From contig CAYHGT010000003.1 of NCBI GenBank assembly GCA_964356375.1, positions 554 through 64,553 of the forward strand: DNA of 64,000 nt. The letters run 5' to 3'. The position numbers were made by a program, and so were the translations under genes. This DNA comes from an uncultured Candidatus Saccharibacteria bacterium (lineage in GTDB: Bacteria > Patescibacteriota > Minisyncoccia > UBA6257 > GWB1-50-10). The stretch's first letter is position 1. Each line of letters opens with the position of its first letter. A model generated the notes under the pieces. The model did not search any database, was not told where the DNA came from, and saw only the letters and a program-made list of their open reading frames with translations. Positions 1 to 8,232 of the stretch are shown one piece after another.

Positions 1-1335
1 TACGCGCCAGACGAAACAAAGGAAATTAGCGGACAAGTAAATATTGACAAGGATCGTCTTGCCGAGCTTTTTGAAAAAATTAAAACACTTGAGATATTGG
101 AACGCGAACTTGACGAGTTCAAGAGCCCACTTGTCTCGCAACTTTTGGAAATTGTGTTAAGTGGCGCTATGGCGCTTAAAGCATCCGATATCCACATGGA
201 ACCAGGGCAGGAGATGAGCGCCTTACGGTATCGCATTGACGGTATCCTCCACACCGCCTATTCAAAATTCAACGCGCACACCTATCGTTCGGTTGTGATG
301 CGCATCAAACTTCTTTCAAATTTAAAATTGAACGTGATGGACGAACCACAAGATGGTCGCTTCACGGTCGGCCTTGCAAATAGAGATATTGAAATCCGCA
401 CCTCTATCATTCCATCCGAATTCGGCGAGACAATCGTGATGCGTATCTTGGACCCGTTGGCGCTCAAAGTAAATCTTGAAGAGCTTGGTTGGCGTCCGGA
501 CGATTTAGAAATTGTAAAAAAAGAAATTGCAAAACCAAACGGACTCATTCTTACCACGGGCCCCACGGGTTCAGGTAAAACGACGACGCTCTACGCATTT
601 TTGAAAAAGGTGTATTCGCCAGAAATTAAAATAATCACCGTTGAAGATCCGATTGAATATCACATTGAGGGTATTTCGCAAACCCAAGTGAACCCCGATG
701 TGAGCTACACGTTTGCGAGCGGTCTTCGTTCTATTTTGCGCCAAGATCCAAACGTGATTCTTATCGGTGAAATCCGTGATAAGGAGACCGCGGAAATTTC
801 CGTGAACGCGGCGCTCACGGGTCACCTCGTGTTTTCAACCCTTCACACAAACGATGCAATCGGCGCAATTCCACGCTTCATAGATTTGGGTGCAAAACCA
901 AACACGCTCGCGCCATCATTGAATCTTGTGATTGCGCAACGTCTCGTGCGTGTACTGTGCAAAGTGTGCAAAGTAAAAAAAGAGCTTTCTCCAGAAATAC
1001 AAGAAAAAATTAAAAGGTTTGTTGTGGGGCTTCCCGCGCGCGTGGATAAAACTCCGTACGCGGACTTCGCAATCTATGAACATAAGGGTTGTGCGGAATG
1101 TGGCAACATTGGATATCGCGGGCGTGTTTCTGTTTTTGAACTTTTTGCAATTGATGACGAGATTAGGGAGGCGATTTACCACATTCCATCCGAAACAGAG
1201 TTATTCACATTGGCAAGAAAGCAAGGAATGGTTACAATGCAAGAAGACGGTCTGTTGAAGGTTATCTTGGGTGTGACGAGTGTTGCGGAAGTGGAACGCA
1301 CGACCGGGATTGTGGAGTGGCTTGCGAATGCCTAA
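1..1335 (+). CDS. pilB: Type II/IV secretion / type IV pilus assembly ATPase (GspE/PilB family), 5' end truncated by the window edge
   Basis: The reading frame is open from nt 1. Walker A GPTGSGKTT, the PilB/GspE-typical ILRQDPNVILIGEIRD, and a C-terminal tetracysteine CxxC...CxxC zinc motif are present. Confidence 0.85.
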   Translation, partial: YAPDETKEISGQVNIDKDRLAELFEKIKTLEILERELDEFKSPLVSQLLEIVLSGAMALKASDIHMEPGQEMSALRYRIDGILHTAYSKFNAHTYRSVVMRIKLLSNLKLNVMDEPQDGRFTVGLANRDIEIRTSIIPSEFGETIVMRILDPLALKVNLEELGWRPDDLEIVKKEIAKPNGLILTTGPTGSGKTTTLYAFLKKVYSPEIKIITVEDPIEYHIEGISQTQVNPDVSYTFASGLRSILRQDPNVILIGEIRDKETAEISVNAALTGHLVFSTLHTNDAIGAIPRFIDLGAKPNTLAPSLNLVIAQRLVRVLCKVCKVKKELSPEIQEKIKRFVVGLPARVDKTPYADFAIYEHKGCAECGNIGYRGRVSVFELFAIDDEIREAIYHIPSETELFTLARKQGMVTMQEDGLLKVILGVTSVAEVERTTGIVEWLANA

Positions 1336-1591
1336 AAGCTTTGAGTTACAAAGCTAAGCTGGGATAACAAAAAATCCCGAACTAAGTTCTGTGGGCAGGG
1401 CGCCCACAAAGGCATTTGTAAAACCTTTCTTAAATGTAGTTTAAGGAAGGAACGGATATTTCCGAGGAGTTATCCAGCCGAAGCCAAACAATCCTAAGGT
1501 CTAAGAAAGAATCCGAATACCCACAGAACCTAATTAAGGATTTCTGTTAGCTATTCTATCACTTAACTAACTATTTGTCAATGCCTTGTTT

Positions 1592-1616
1592 TTCCGCCTT
1601 TTTTAGGCGGTTTTTT
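1592..1616 (+). terminator. Rho-independent terminator hairpin (ccgccttttttaggcgg + T-run)
   Basis: GC stem-loop followed by a T tract, within the 520-bp pilB-ruvB spacer. Confidence 0.4.
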
Positions 1617-1854
1617 ATTGAATTCTATCTGCAAACCACCACCCGCTACACAAAATTCCCGTTTTTGACACGAAGAACATCTCGGAAGCCACTTCAGTGG
1701 CTGAGAGGGAAGAAATTGTTCAATAGAACAATATTTTGGTTCTGAGTGGTAAAAATGGGAATAGACAAAACACCTCACTTAGAAAATAAACCACGTCTTT
1801 CGAATGGACAAACACGAGTAATTCGCTCAAACTTAAATCATAAAGACAAAACCC

Positions 1855-2862
1855 ATGAAGAAAGCGGATATAAAAAAAGAAGACGTGGTTGAGGAGATAA
1901 ATTTTGATCTCTCGCTACGTCCCTCGCGCTGGGAAGATTATGTGGGCCAAGAAAACGTAAAAAATAATCTTCGCCTTATTGTTGACGCCGCAAAAGGGCG
2001 CGGTGAGACGTGCGATCACTTGCTCTTCTATGGACAACCGGGGCTTGGCAAGACAACGCTCGCCTATCTAGTTGGAAAAGAAATGGGTGCAAACATCAAA
2101 TCAACCTCAGGCCCCGCACTTGAAAAAACTGGTGATATTGCGGCGCTCCTCACTAATCTTGAGCCAAATGAGATTCTCTTTATTGACGAGGCGCATCGTG
2201 TGAACACGACGGTGGAGGAGATTCTCTACCCGGCAATGGAAAGTAGGAAGTTACACCTAATTGTCGGTAAAGGGCCGTCTGCGCGAACGTTTTCACTTGA
2301 TCTTCCCCCATTCACAATTATTGCGGCAACAACAAAAGCAAATCTTTTATCAGCTCCGCTTCGTTCACGTTTCGGTGCGACGTTTCGCTTGGACTACTAC
2401 ACACCAAAAGATTTGGAGCGTATTATTCTCCGCTCTGCAAAATTATTGAACGTATCTCTTCTTCCAGAGGCAACGAAACTTATTTCTGAGGCGTCGCGCT
2501 TTACCCCGCGTTCGGCGAATCGCCTTTTGAAACGCGCCCGCGATTATGCGCAAATTTATTTGAATAATGTTATTAATGAAGAAGCGGTTAGAAAAACTCT
2601 GGATCTTTTGGAAATTGATTCGCTTGGTTTGGACGAGACGGACAGACAACTTTTGACCGCGATAATTGATAAGTTTAATGGTGGACCCGTGGGCCTAAAA
2701 GCCCTTGGCGCTGCGCTAAACGAGGAGCCGGGCACCATAGAAGATGTGTACGAGCCATTCCTTATGAAGCTTGGGCTTTTAAATAGAACGTCTGGTGGAC
2801 GCACCGCGACAGAGCTTGCCTACGAACACTTGGGGTTCAAAAAGAAAGGTGGCTTAGTCTAA
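1855..2862 (+). CDS. ruvB: Holliday junction branch migration helicase RuvB
   Basis: GQPGLGKTTLA P-loop and RuvB-like AAA+ architecture; length 335 aa. Confidence 0.93.
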   Translation: MKKADIKKEDVVEEINFDLSLRPSRWEDYVGQENVKNNLRLIVDAAKGRGETCDHLLFYGQPGLGKTTLAYLVGKEMGANIKSTSGPALEKTGDIAALLTNLEPNEILFIDEAHRVNTTVEEILYPAMESRKLHLIVGKGPSARTFSLDLPPFTIIAATTKANLLSAPLRSRFGATFRLDYYTPKDLERIILRSAKLLNVSLLPEATKLISEASRFTPRSANRLLKRARDYAQIYLNNVINEEAVRKTLDLLEIDSLGLDETDRQLLTAIIDKFNGGPVGLKALGAALNEEPGTIEDVYEPFLMKLGLLNRTSGGRTATELAYEHLGFKKKGGLV

Positions 2863-2867
2863 TTGTT

Positions 2868-3320
2868 ATGATTCTTAAAAGTTCGTCTGCGTTAGAAACT
2901 AAAACGTTGGCCTCAACACTTGTTGCGAAAATTCTTCGCGCACCAAACAAAAAACACAAAGCATTCATCATAAAACTGACTGGTGAGCTTGGTGCAGGCA
3001 AGACCACATTCGCCCAAGGATTTGCAAAAGCACTTGGTGTCGCGCACCACATTACAAGCCCAACGTTTGTGATAATGCGCAGATACGCACTAAAGAAAAA
3101 TAAGAGGTATGAAAATTTGTACCATGTAGATGCGTACAGAATGAAGCAACTAAAAGAAATGCATCCGTTGAATATTAAGGAGATCCTCATAAATCCAAAA
3201 AATATTGTACTTATTGAATGGGCAAAAAATATTGAGGGCTCGCTTTTGCGCGGTGTCTCATCAATCAAGTTCGCACACGGGAAAAAAGAAAACGAGCGCA
3301 TTATTTCTACTACCCTATGA
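2868..3320 (+). CDS. tsaE: tRNA t6A37 threonylcarbamoyladenosine biosynthesis ATPase TsaE (YjeE)
   Basis: LTGELGAGKTTFAQG P-loop followed by SPTF motif; 150 aa. Confidence 0.8.
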   Translation: MILKSSSALETKTLASTLVAKILRAPNKKHKAFIIKLTGELGAGKTTFAQGFAKALGVAHHITSPTFVIMRRYALKKNKRYENLYHVDAYRMKQLKEMHPLNIKEILINPKNIVLIEWAKNIEGSLLRGVSSIKFAHGKKENERIISTTL

Positions 3321-5773
3321 AATCTTTACTCCTTATTGATGCGCACGCACTAATTCATCGCTCATTTCACGCAATCCCCCCACTCACCACACCAAATGGT
3401 GAACCGATTGGGGCAATTTATGGATTGACTCGCGCGCTTATGAAAACGATGCGCGAGCACGAGCCGGACTATGTCGCGGCCGCGTTTGATAGACCAGAAC
3501 CCACATTTCGCAAAGAAATGTTTGATGGATACAAGGCACAACGCCCGAAAGCACCCGACGAGCTCGTTTCACAACTTATAAAAGCGCGCGAACTTTTCCA
3601 AAAACTCAACATCCCTTGTTTTGAGCTTGCGGGGTTTGAGGGCGACGATATTATCGGCACACTCGCAGAAAAATTTGGAAAGTATGAAAATCTTCAAATC
3701 ACAATTTTGACGGGTGATATGGACACACTCCAGCTCGTAAAAGGAACACATATAGTGGTCCGCACACCGAAAAAAGGGGTAAGCGAAACAATAACATACG
3801 ACGACGAAGCAGTTCGTGCGCGTTACGAACTTGGCCCAGATCAGATGACTGATTACAAAGGATTGGTTGGCGATCCGTCGGACAATATTCCAGGCGTTCC
3901 TGGGGTGGGTCCAAAAACCGCACTGGAAGCACTCAAAGAATTCAGCACAATTGAAAACTTGTATGCGAAAATGGAGAGCACACACAAACTCGCAAAGAAG
4001 TTCCTTCCTTTCAAAGAAAATGCGTTCTTTTCCAAAAAACTGGCGACCATTCATACAGCGGTTCCCATAAAAGTTGTGCTCGCTGATTTAGAATATAAGA
4101 AGCCGGGTGATGTTGACATACAAGCATATTTTTTATCACTCGGGTTTGAAAGTATGGCGGGAGGAAAACCGAAAATTGAAAAAACAGAGAAACTGAGATT
4201 CGAAAAACCGCAAACGCTGGACCTCCATTTCAAAAAAGATAATTTTGTAGTTCTTGCGAACACAAAAGATGCGCAGCGCCTCGCATACAAACTACAGAAC
4301 ACAAAACCAAAAATTGCGTTTGATTGGAAACCGTTTCTCAAGAAACTTACGAAAGAAGACGTGGAGATTTGCGATCCGTTATTTGATATACATATTGCCT
4401 CGTGGCTTGTAAGTCCAGATAAAAAGGATGCCTCCTTCCATGAACTTGCCTTAGAAATAATGGGTATTGATATTGAAACCAGCCCAGATAAGACAGAGGA
4501 TGCGCTTGAAATACTCGCGGGAGTTTTTGAAGAAAAAATAAAAAAGAACAACCTGGAAAAAGTATTTTATGAGATAGAGATGCCCCTCATTCGCGTGCTT
4601 GCGGGCATGGAAACGCGCGGTATTACGATTGATGCGGAAACGCTGAAAGTGCTGGGAAAAGAAATGCGGAGCGAGCTCAGTTTATTAGAGAAACAAATCT
4701 ATGATGTTGCGAGCGGTCCATTCAACATCAATTCACCGCAACAGATAAGCGAGGTGTTATTTGAGCGATTGAAGATTGAAACACACACAAAAAAAAGGAC
4801 GGCGACGGGTCAGCGAAAAACCGGTAAAGATATCTTAACGGAGCTCGTGGGCGCGCACCCGATTGTACCCCTCATACTTCAATACAGAGAAACGTTCAAG
4901 GTGTTTTCTGGATTCTTAACACCGCTTAGTGAGATGAGCGCCTTGGATGGAAAGGTGCACACTACTTACCTACAAACTGGCGCTGGCACAGGTCGCCTTT
5001 CCTCGGAGAAACCAAACTTACAAAACATTCCAAACGGCGGAAAATGGGCAAAAGAATTACGCGATGCGTTTCTTCCAACAAAAGGATTTACGCTCGTCTC
5101 ACTTGATTACTCACAAATTGAGCTTCGTCTTTTAGCGCACGTGTCGCGCGATGAAACGCTTGTCTCGGCGTTTATGGCGGGCGAGGACATTCACGCGCTC
5201 ACCGCATCAAAAGTATTTGGCATTCCTCTCAAGGATGTAAACGTAAAACAACGACGCGTCGCCAAAACACTGAACTTTGGCATTGTGTATGGAATGGGTC
5301 CGCGTTCGTTTGCAAAAACAAGCGGTGTTTCAATAGATGAGGCAAAACGATTTATTGCGGAATACTTCCGCGCATTTCCAAAAGTAAGCGTGTGGCAGGA
5401 ACGAGTGAAAGCAGAAATGAAAAAAAATGGATTTGTAGAAAATGAAAATGGACGACGGCGTTGGTTTCCTAAAAGCGGGGCTCCCGGTGAATTTGAGCGC
5501 GCGGCAATTAATATGCCACTGCAAGGGCTCGGCGCAGATATTTTAAAAACAGCAATGATCCGTTCATCGCGCGAACTTTTGGAAAACAAGAACGCAAAAG
5601 ATGCGGCGTTTCTTCTCCTCTCAATACACGACGAGCTTCTTTTTGAGATACGCGATGATGTGGTTTCTACGCTTACGCCACACCTTAAATCAATTATGGA
5701 AGATGTATACCCGCTCTCCGTCCCGCTCGTTGCCGAAATGAAAATAGGGAAAAAATGGGGTACAATGGAATAA
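3317..5773 (+). CDS. polA: DNA polymerase I (5'-3' exonuclease + polymerase domains)
   Basis: N-terminal FEN-like domain (LLLIDAHALIHRSFHA), GVPGVGPKTA HhH, and Pol A motifs (DYSQIELRLLAH, RRRAKTLNFGIVYG, HDELLFE). Confidence 0.95.
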   Translation: MKSLLLIDAHALIHRSFHAIPPLTTPNGEPIGAIYGLTRALMKTMREHEPDYVAAAFDRPEPTFRKEMFDGYKAQRPKAPDELVSQLIKARELFQKLNIPCFELAGFEGDDIIGTLAEKFGKYENLQITILTGDMDTLQLVKGTHIVVRTPKKGVSETITYDDEAVRARYELGPDQMTDYKGLVGDPSDNIPGVPGVGPKTALEALKEFSTIENLYAKMESTHKLAKKFLPFKENAFFSKKLATIHTAVPIKVVLADLEYKKPGDVDIQAYFLSLGFESMAGGKPKIEKTEKLRFEKPQTLDLHFKKDNFVVLANTKDAQRLAYKLQNTKPKIAFDWKPFLKKLTKEDVEICDPLFDIHIASWLVSPDKKDASFHELALEIMGIDIETSPDKTEDALEILAGVFEEKIKKNNLEKVFYEIEMPLIRVLAGMETRGITIDAETLKVLGKEMRSELSLLEKQIYDVASGPFNINSPQQISEVLFERLKIETHTKKRTATGQRKTGKDILTELVGAHPIVPLILQYRETFKVFSGFLTPLSEMSALDGKVHTTYLQTGAGTGRLSSEKPNLQNIPNGGKWAKELRDAFLPTKGFTLVSLDYSQIELRLLAHVSRDETLVSAFMAGEDIHALTASKVFGIPLKDVNVKQRRVAKTLNFGIVYGMGPRSFAKTSGVSIDEAKRFIAEYFRAFPKVSVWQERVKAEMKKNGFVENENGRRRWFPKSGAPGEFERAAINMPLQGLGADILKTAMIRSSRELLENKNAKDAAFLLLSIHDELLFEIRDDVVSTLTPHLKSIMEDVYPLSVPLVAEMKIGKKWGTME

Positions 5774-5774
5774 T

Positions 5775-7115
5775 ATGGGACTAGACAAACCGACGTTAAA
5801 AACTTTTTTGCGTTTTTTGAGAAACGGGGAGATGCGCTCACTCTACATCGTGCTTGCGATTATTGCCGCAGTATTTATATTTGTTTCATTTCAATATTCT
5901 TTTTCTTTCAGCGTATTGTTGGTTATTTTATTCTCGTTTATTGTGGGACAACTTATCGGCACGTTTATGAAGCTCGCGCGCTTGAGCTCTGAGGAAAAAT
6001 TTAAAACCAAAGAGCGTGATGTGATTATCGCTTTCTTGGAAGACGGGGTAATCATGTATGACCTTAATTTTAGAGTGCTTACATTCAATGCCGCCGCCGA
6101 AACAATTTTTGGTCTTTCTTCAGCTGAGGTACTTGAAAAGCAATTTGACCCGGGCATCGCAAAAACACCGCACTATAGAGTTTTTGTACAAACACTTTTC
6201 CCCTCACTTGCACCATCAATGATACAGGTCTCTGAAACAGATAGGTGGCCTCAGGTTGTTGAGCTTTCGTTTGAAAACCCACGACTTGAGCTACTCATCA
6301 CGCTCCACCAAATAAAAGATGAGGCGGGACGACTTACTGGTTTTATTAAGCTTGTGCATGACATGACACGCGAAAAGGGATTGCTTCAGTCAAAAACTGA
6401 TTTTATCAGTGTTGCCGCGCATCAATTAAGAACGCCTCTTACTGCGCTTCATTGGGCAATTGAAAGTATTGTTAAGTTTTCAGAAAACAATCCGGAAATA
6501 AAGTCGCTTGCTGAAGAAGCGCTTGCTGTATCCGAGCGCTCGCTTAAAATAACAAACGATTTATTGGATGTGTCAAAAATTGAGGAAGGTAAATTTGGAT
6601 ACTCATTCCAACCAACAAACCTCGTTGATTTTGTTGCAAATATTACAAAAGAAACAAAGACACTCGCCGCACAATATGGTATCGCAGTTGAATTCACTCC
6701 CCCATCAACACAAATTCCAGAAGTGTCTATTGATCAAAATCGTCTAAGTTCAGTTCTATTTAACCTTATTGATAATGCAATCCGTTATAACGCAAAAAAC
6801 GGCAAGGTCACAATCTCAATCGGCGAAGAGTCGGGTGGTCGTTTTGCGCGCGTATCGGTTGTGGACACGGGCATCGGCATCTCCAAAGAAGATATTAAGA
6901 ATCTATTCCAGAAGCTATACCGCGGAACAAACGCAGCTCAAGTTGAGCCGAATGGAAGCGGTTTGGGGCTCTACATTGCAAAAAACATTGTGAAAAGGCA
7001 CGGTGGCACAATGGGAGTTGAGTCAGAACTTAACAGGGGCTCAACGTTCTGGTTCACCGTCCCGCTTGATCCAACGCTCGTTCCAAAAAACGAGGTGGTA
7101 ATTGGTGCATTCTAA
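5775..7115 (+). CDS. Two-component sensor histidine kinase (TM + PAS + HisKA + HATPase_c)
   Basis: N-terminal TM segments. H-box ISVAAHQLRTPLTAL. N/G boxes DNAIRYN, VVDTGIGI, GSGLGLYIAKNIVKRHGG. Confidence 0.8.
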   Translation: MGLDKPTLKTFLRFLRNGEMRSLYIVLAIIAAVFIFVSFQYSFSFSVLLVILFSFIVGQLIGTFMKLARLSSEEKFKTKERDVIIAFLEDGVIMYDLNFRVLTFNAAAETIFGLSSAEVLEKQFDPGIAKTPHYRVFVQTLFPSLAPSMIQVSETDRWPQVVELSFENPRLELLITLHQIKDEAGRLTGFIKLVHDMTREKGLLQSKTDFISVAAHQLRTPLTALHWAIESIVKFSENNPEIKSLAEEALAVSERSLKITNDLLDVSKIEEGKFGYSFQPTNLVDFVANITKETKTLAAQYGIAVEFTPPSTQIPEVSIDQNRLSSVLFNLIDNAIRYNAKNGKVTISIGEESGGRFARVSVVDTGIGISKEDIKNLFQKLYRGTNAAQVEPNGSGLGLYIAKNIVKRHGGTMGVESELNRGSTFWFTVPLDPTLVPKNEVVIGAF

Positions 7116-7593
7116 ATATATGATAGTTCTTGGTATAGACCCGGGCACCACAAGAATTGGGTATGGCGCAATTCGCGTATCAAGTAATTCTCTTACTCAT
7201 GTTGCGAGTGGCATTTTGGAAACCGAAACATACCAAAACGATGCGGAACGCCTGCGCGAGATAAGTATAGCGCTAGAAAAATTAATTGTGGATATTAATC
7301 CGGAAAAAGTTGGTGTAGAACGTTTATTTTTCTCAAAAAATAAAAAAACGGCGCTTGCGGTTGCAGAAGCGCGTGGAGTTATTCTTGGAATGGTTGCAAA
7401 AAAACACATTCTTCTTTACGAACTTACTCCGAATGAGGTGAAGCTCGCGGTCACAGGAAATGGGGACTCCTCAAAGCGCGCGGTAGCAAAAATGGTCTCT
7501 CTTTTGCTTCATATCAACGTAGATGGTTTTTTAGACGACGCGACCGACGCACTCGCAATAGCCATCGCATCTGCAAACACGCGACTTTCGTAA
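7102..7593 (+). CDS. ruvC: Crossover junction endodeoxyribonuclease RuvC
   Basis: MIVLGIDPGTTRIGYG start; C-terminal DDATDALAIAIA catalytic region. Confidence 0.9.
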   Translation: MVHSKYMIVLGIDPGTTRIGYGAIRVSSNSLTHVASGILETETYQNDAERLREISIALEKLIVDINPEKVGVERLFFSKNKKTALAVAEARGVILGMVAKKHILLYELTPNEVKLAVTGNGDSSKRAVAKMVSLLLHINVDGFLDDATDALAIAIASANTRLS

Positions 7594-7697
7594 CCGACGA
7601 CTTACGACCAACAACTAACAACGAGTGCTGAGTTAGTTGTTTTTTCGCTCTTTTGTTGTAGGTCGTGGGTTGTTAGTCGCAGGTTTTTGCCAGCATC

Positions 7698-7725
7698 TTG
7701 ACACGAAACCCGTTCGGGGTATACT
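7698..7725 (+). promoter_or_regulatory. Putative sigma70-type promoter (TTGACA-16-TATACT)
   Basis: Near-consensus -35/-10 hexamers with 16-nt spacing in the 640-bp ruvC-PBP1A spacer, upstream of a hairpin and a repeat unit. Confidence 0.3.
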
Positions 7726-7876
7726 TCTGCCATTCAGCTGTAAAAACAAGACAGCTGTACATAAAAGGCTAAGCATTTGTCGCTCTCCTCGGCTCGGAAA
7801 TAAGAAGGAGTACCTCCTTATTTCTCTCGCACTGCGTCAGCGATAAAACGGTCGAATAAAACAACGTTTTACTGGC

Positions 7877-8038
7877 ATGCAATCATTGAAAGACGACGGT
7901 ATTTTTACCAGCGGTGACGAGAATTTGAAGGAGGGTCTCGGTGAGGCGCTCTTTGACCCCTCTCTCCCAATTGAGGGGGAAGGAGAAGAAGAAGCTCCCG
8001 TAGTCGCGGACGAAGAAGAAACACCAGAAGAGTTCTAG
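7877..8038 (+). CDS. Small acidic protein (53 aa, MQSLKDDGIFTSGDENLKEGLGEALFDPSLPIEGEGEEEAPVVADEEETPEEF)
   Basis: ATG-initiated ORF not listed in the track (below 60 aa). Strongly acidic composition; it lies in an otherwise non-coding spacer. Confidence 0.2.
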   Translation: MQSLKDDGIFTSGDENLKEGLGEALFDPSLPIEGEGEEEAPVVADEEETPEEF

Positions 8039-8232
8039 TTCGCACAAGAAAAAATCCCTTTAGCGCAAAACGTGAAGGGGTTTTTTCTTTTCTGTTTGTT
8101 CACTTTGGTTTGCGAAGCACTCTTCCGGTGATTTTTCTTCTTGTTTTGGGCGAGGCCGTGGCTGAAACAAAAAGAAAGGGGCGGAAAGGAGTTTCATAAT
8201 TCAAGGTGCTAATATAAGATAAGACCTGTTAT

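Noticed and set aside
5191-5841. 216-aa minus-strand ORF overlapping polA and the kinase gene
   Set aside because: Antisense to a high-confidence polA. Low-complexity S/R/F-rich translation and no motifs, so a spurious shadow ORF. The same applies to the other long antisense ORFs in the track.
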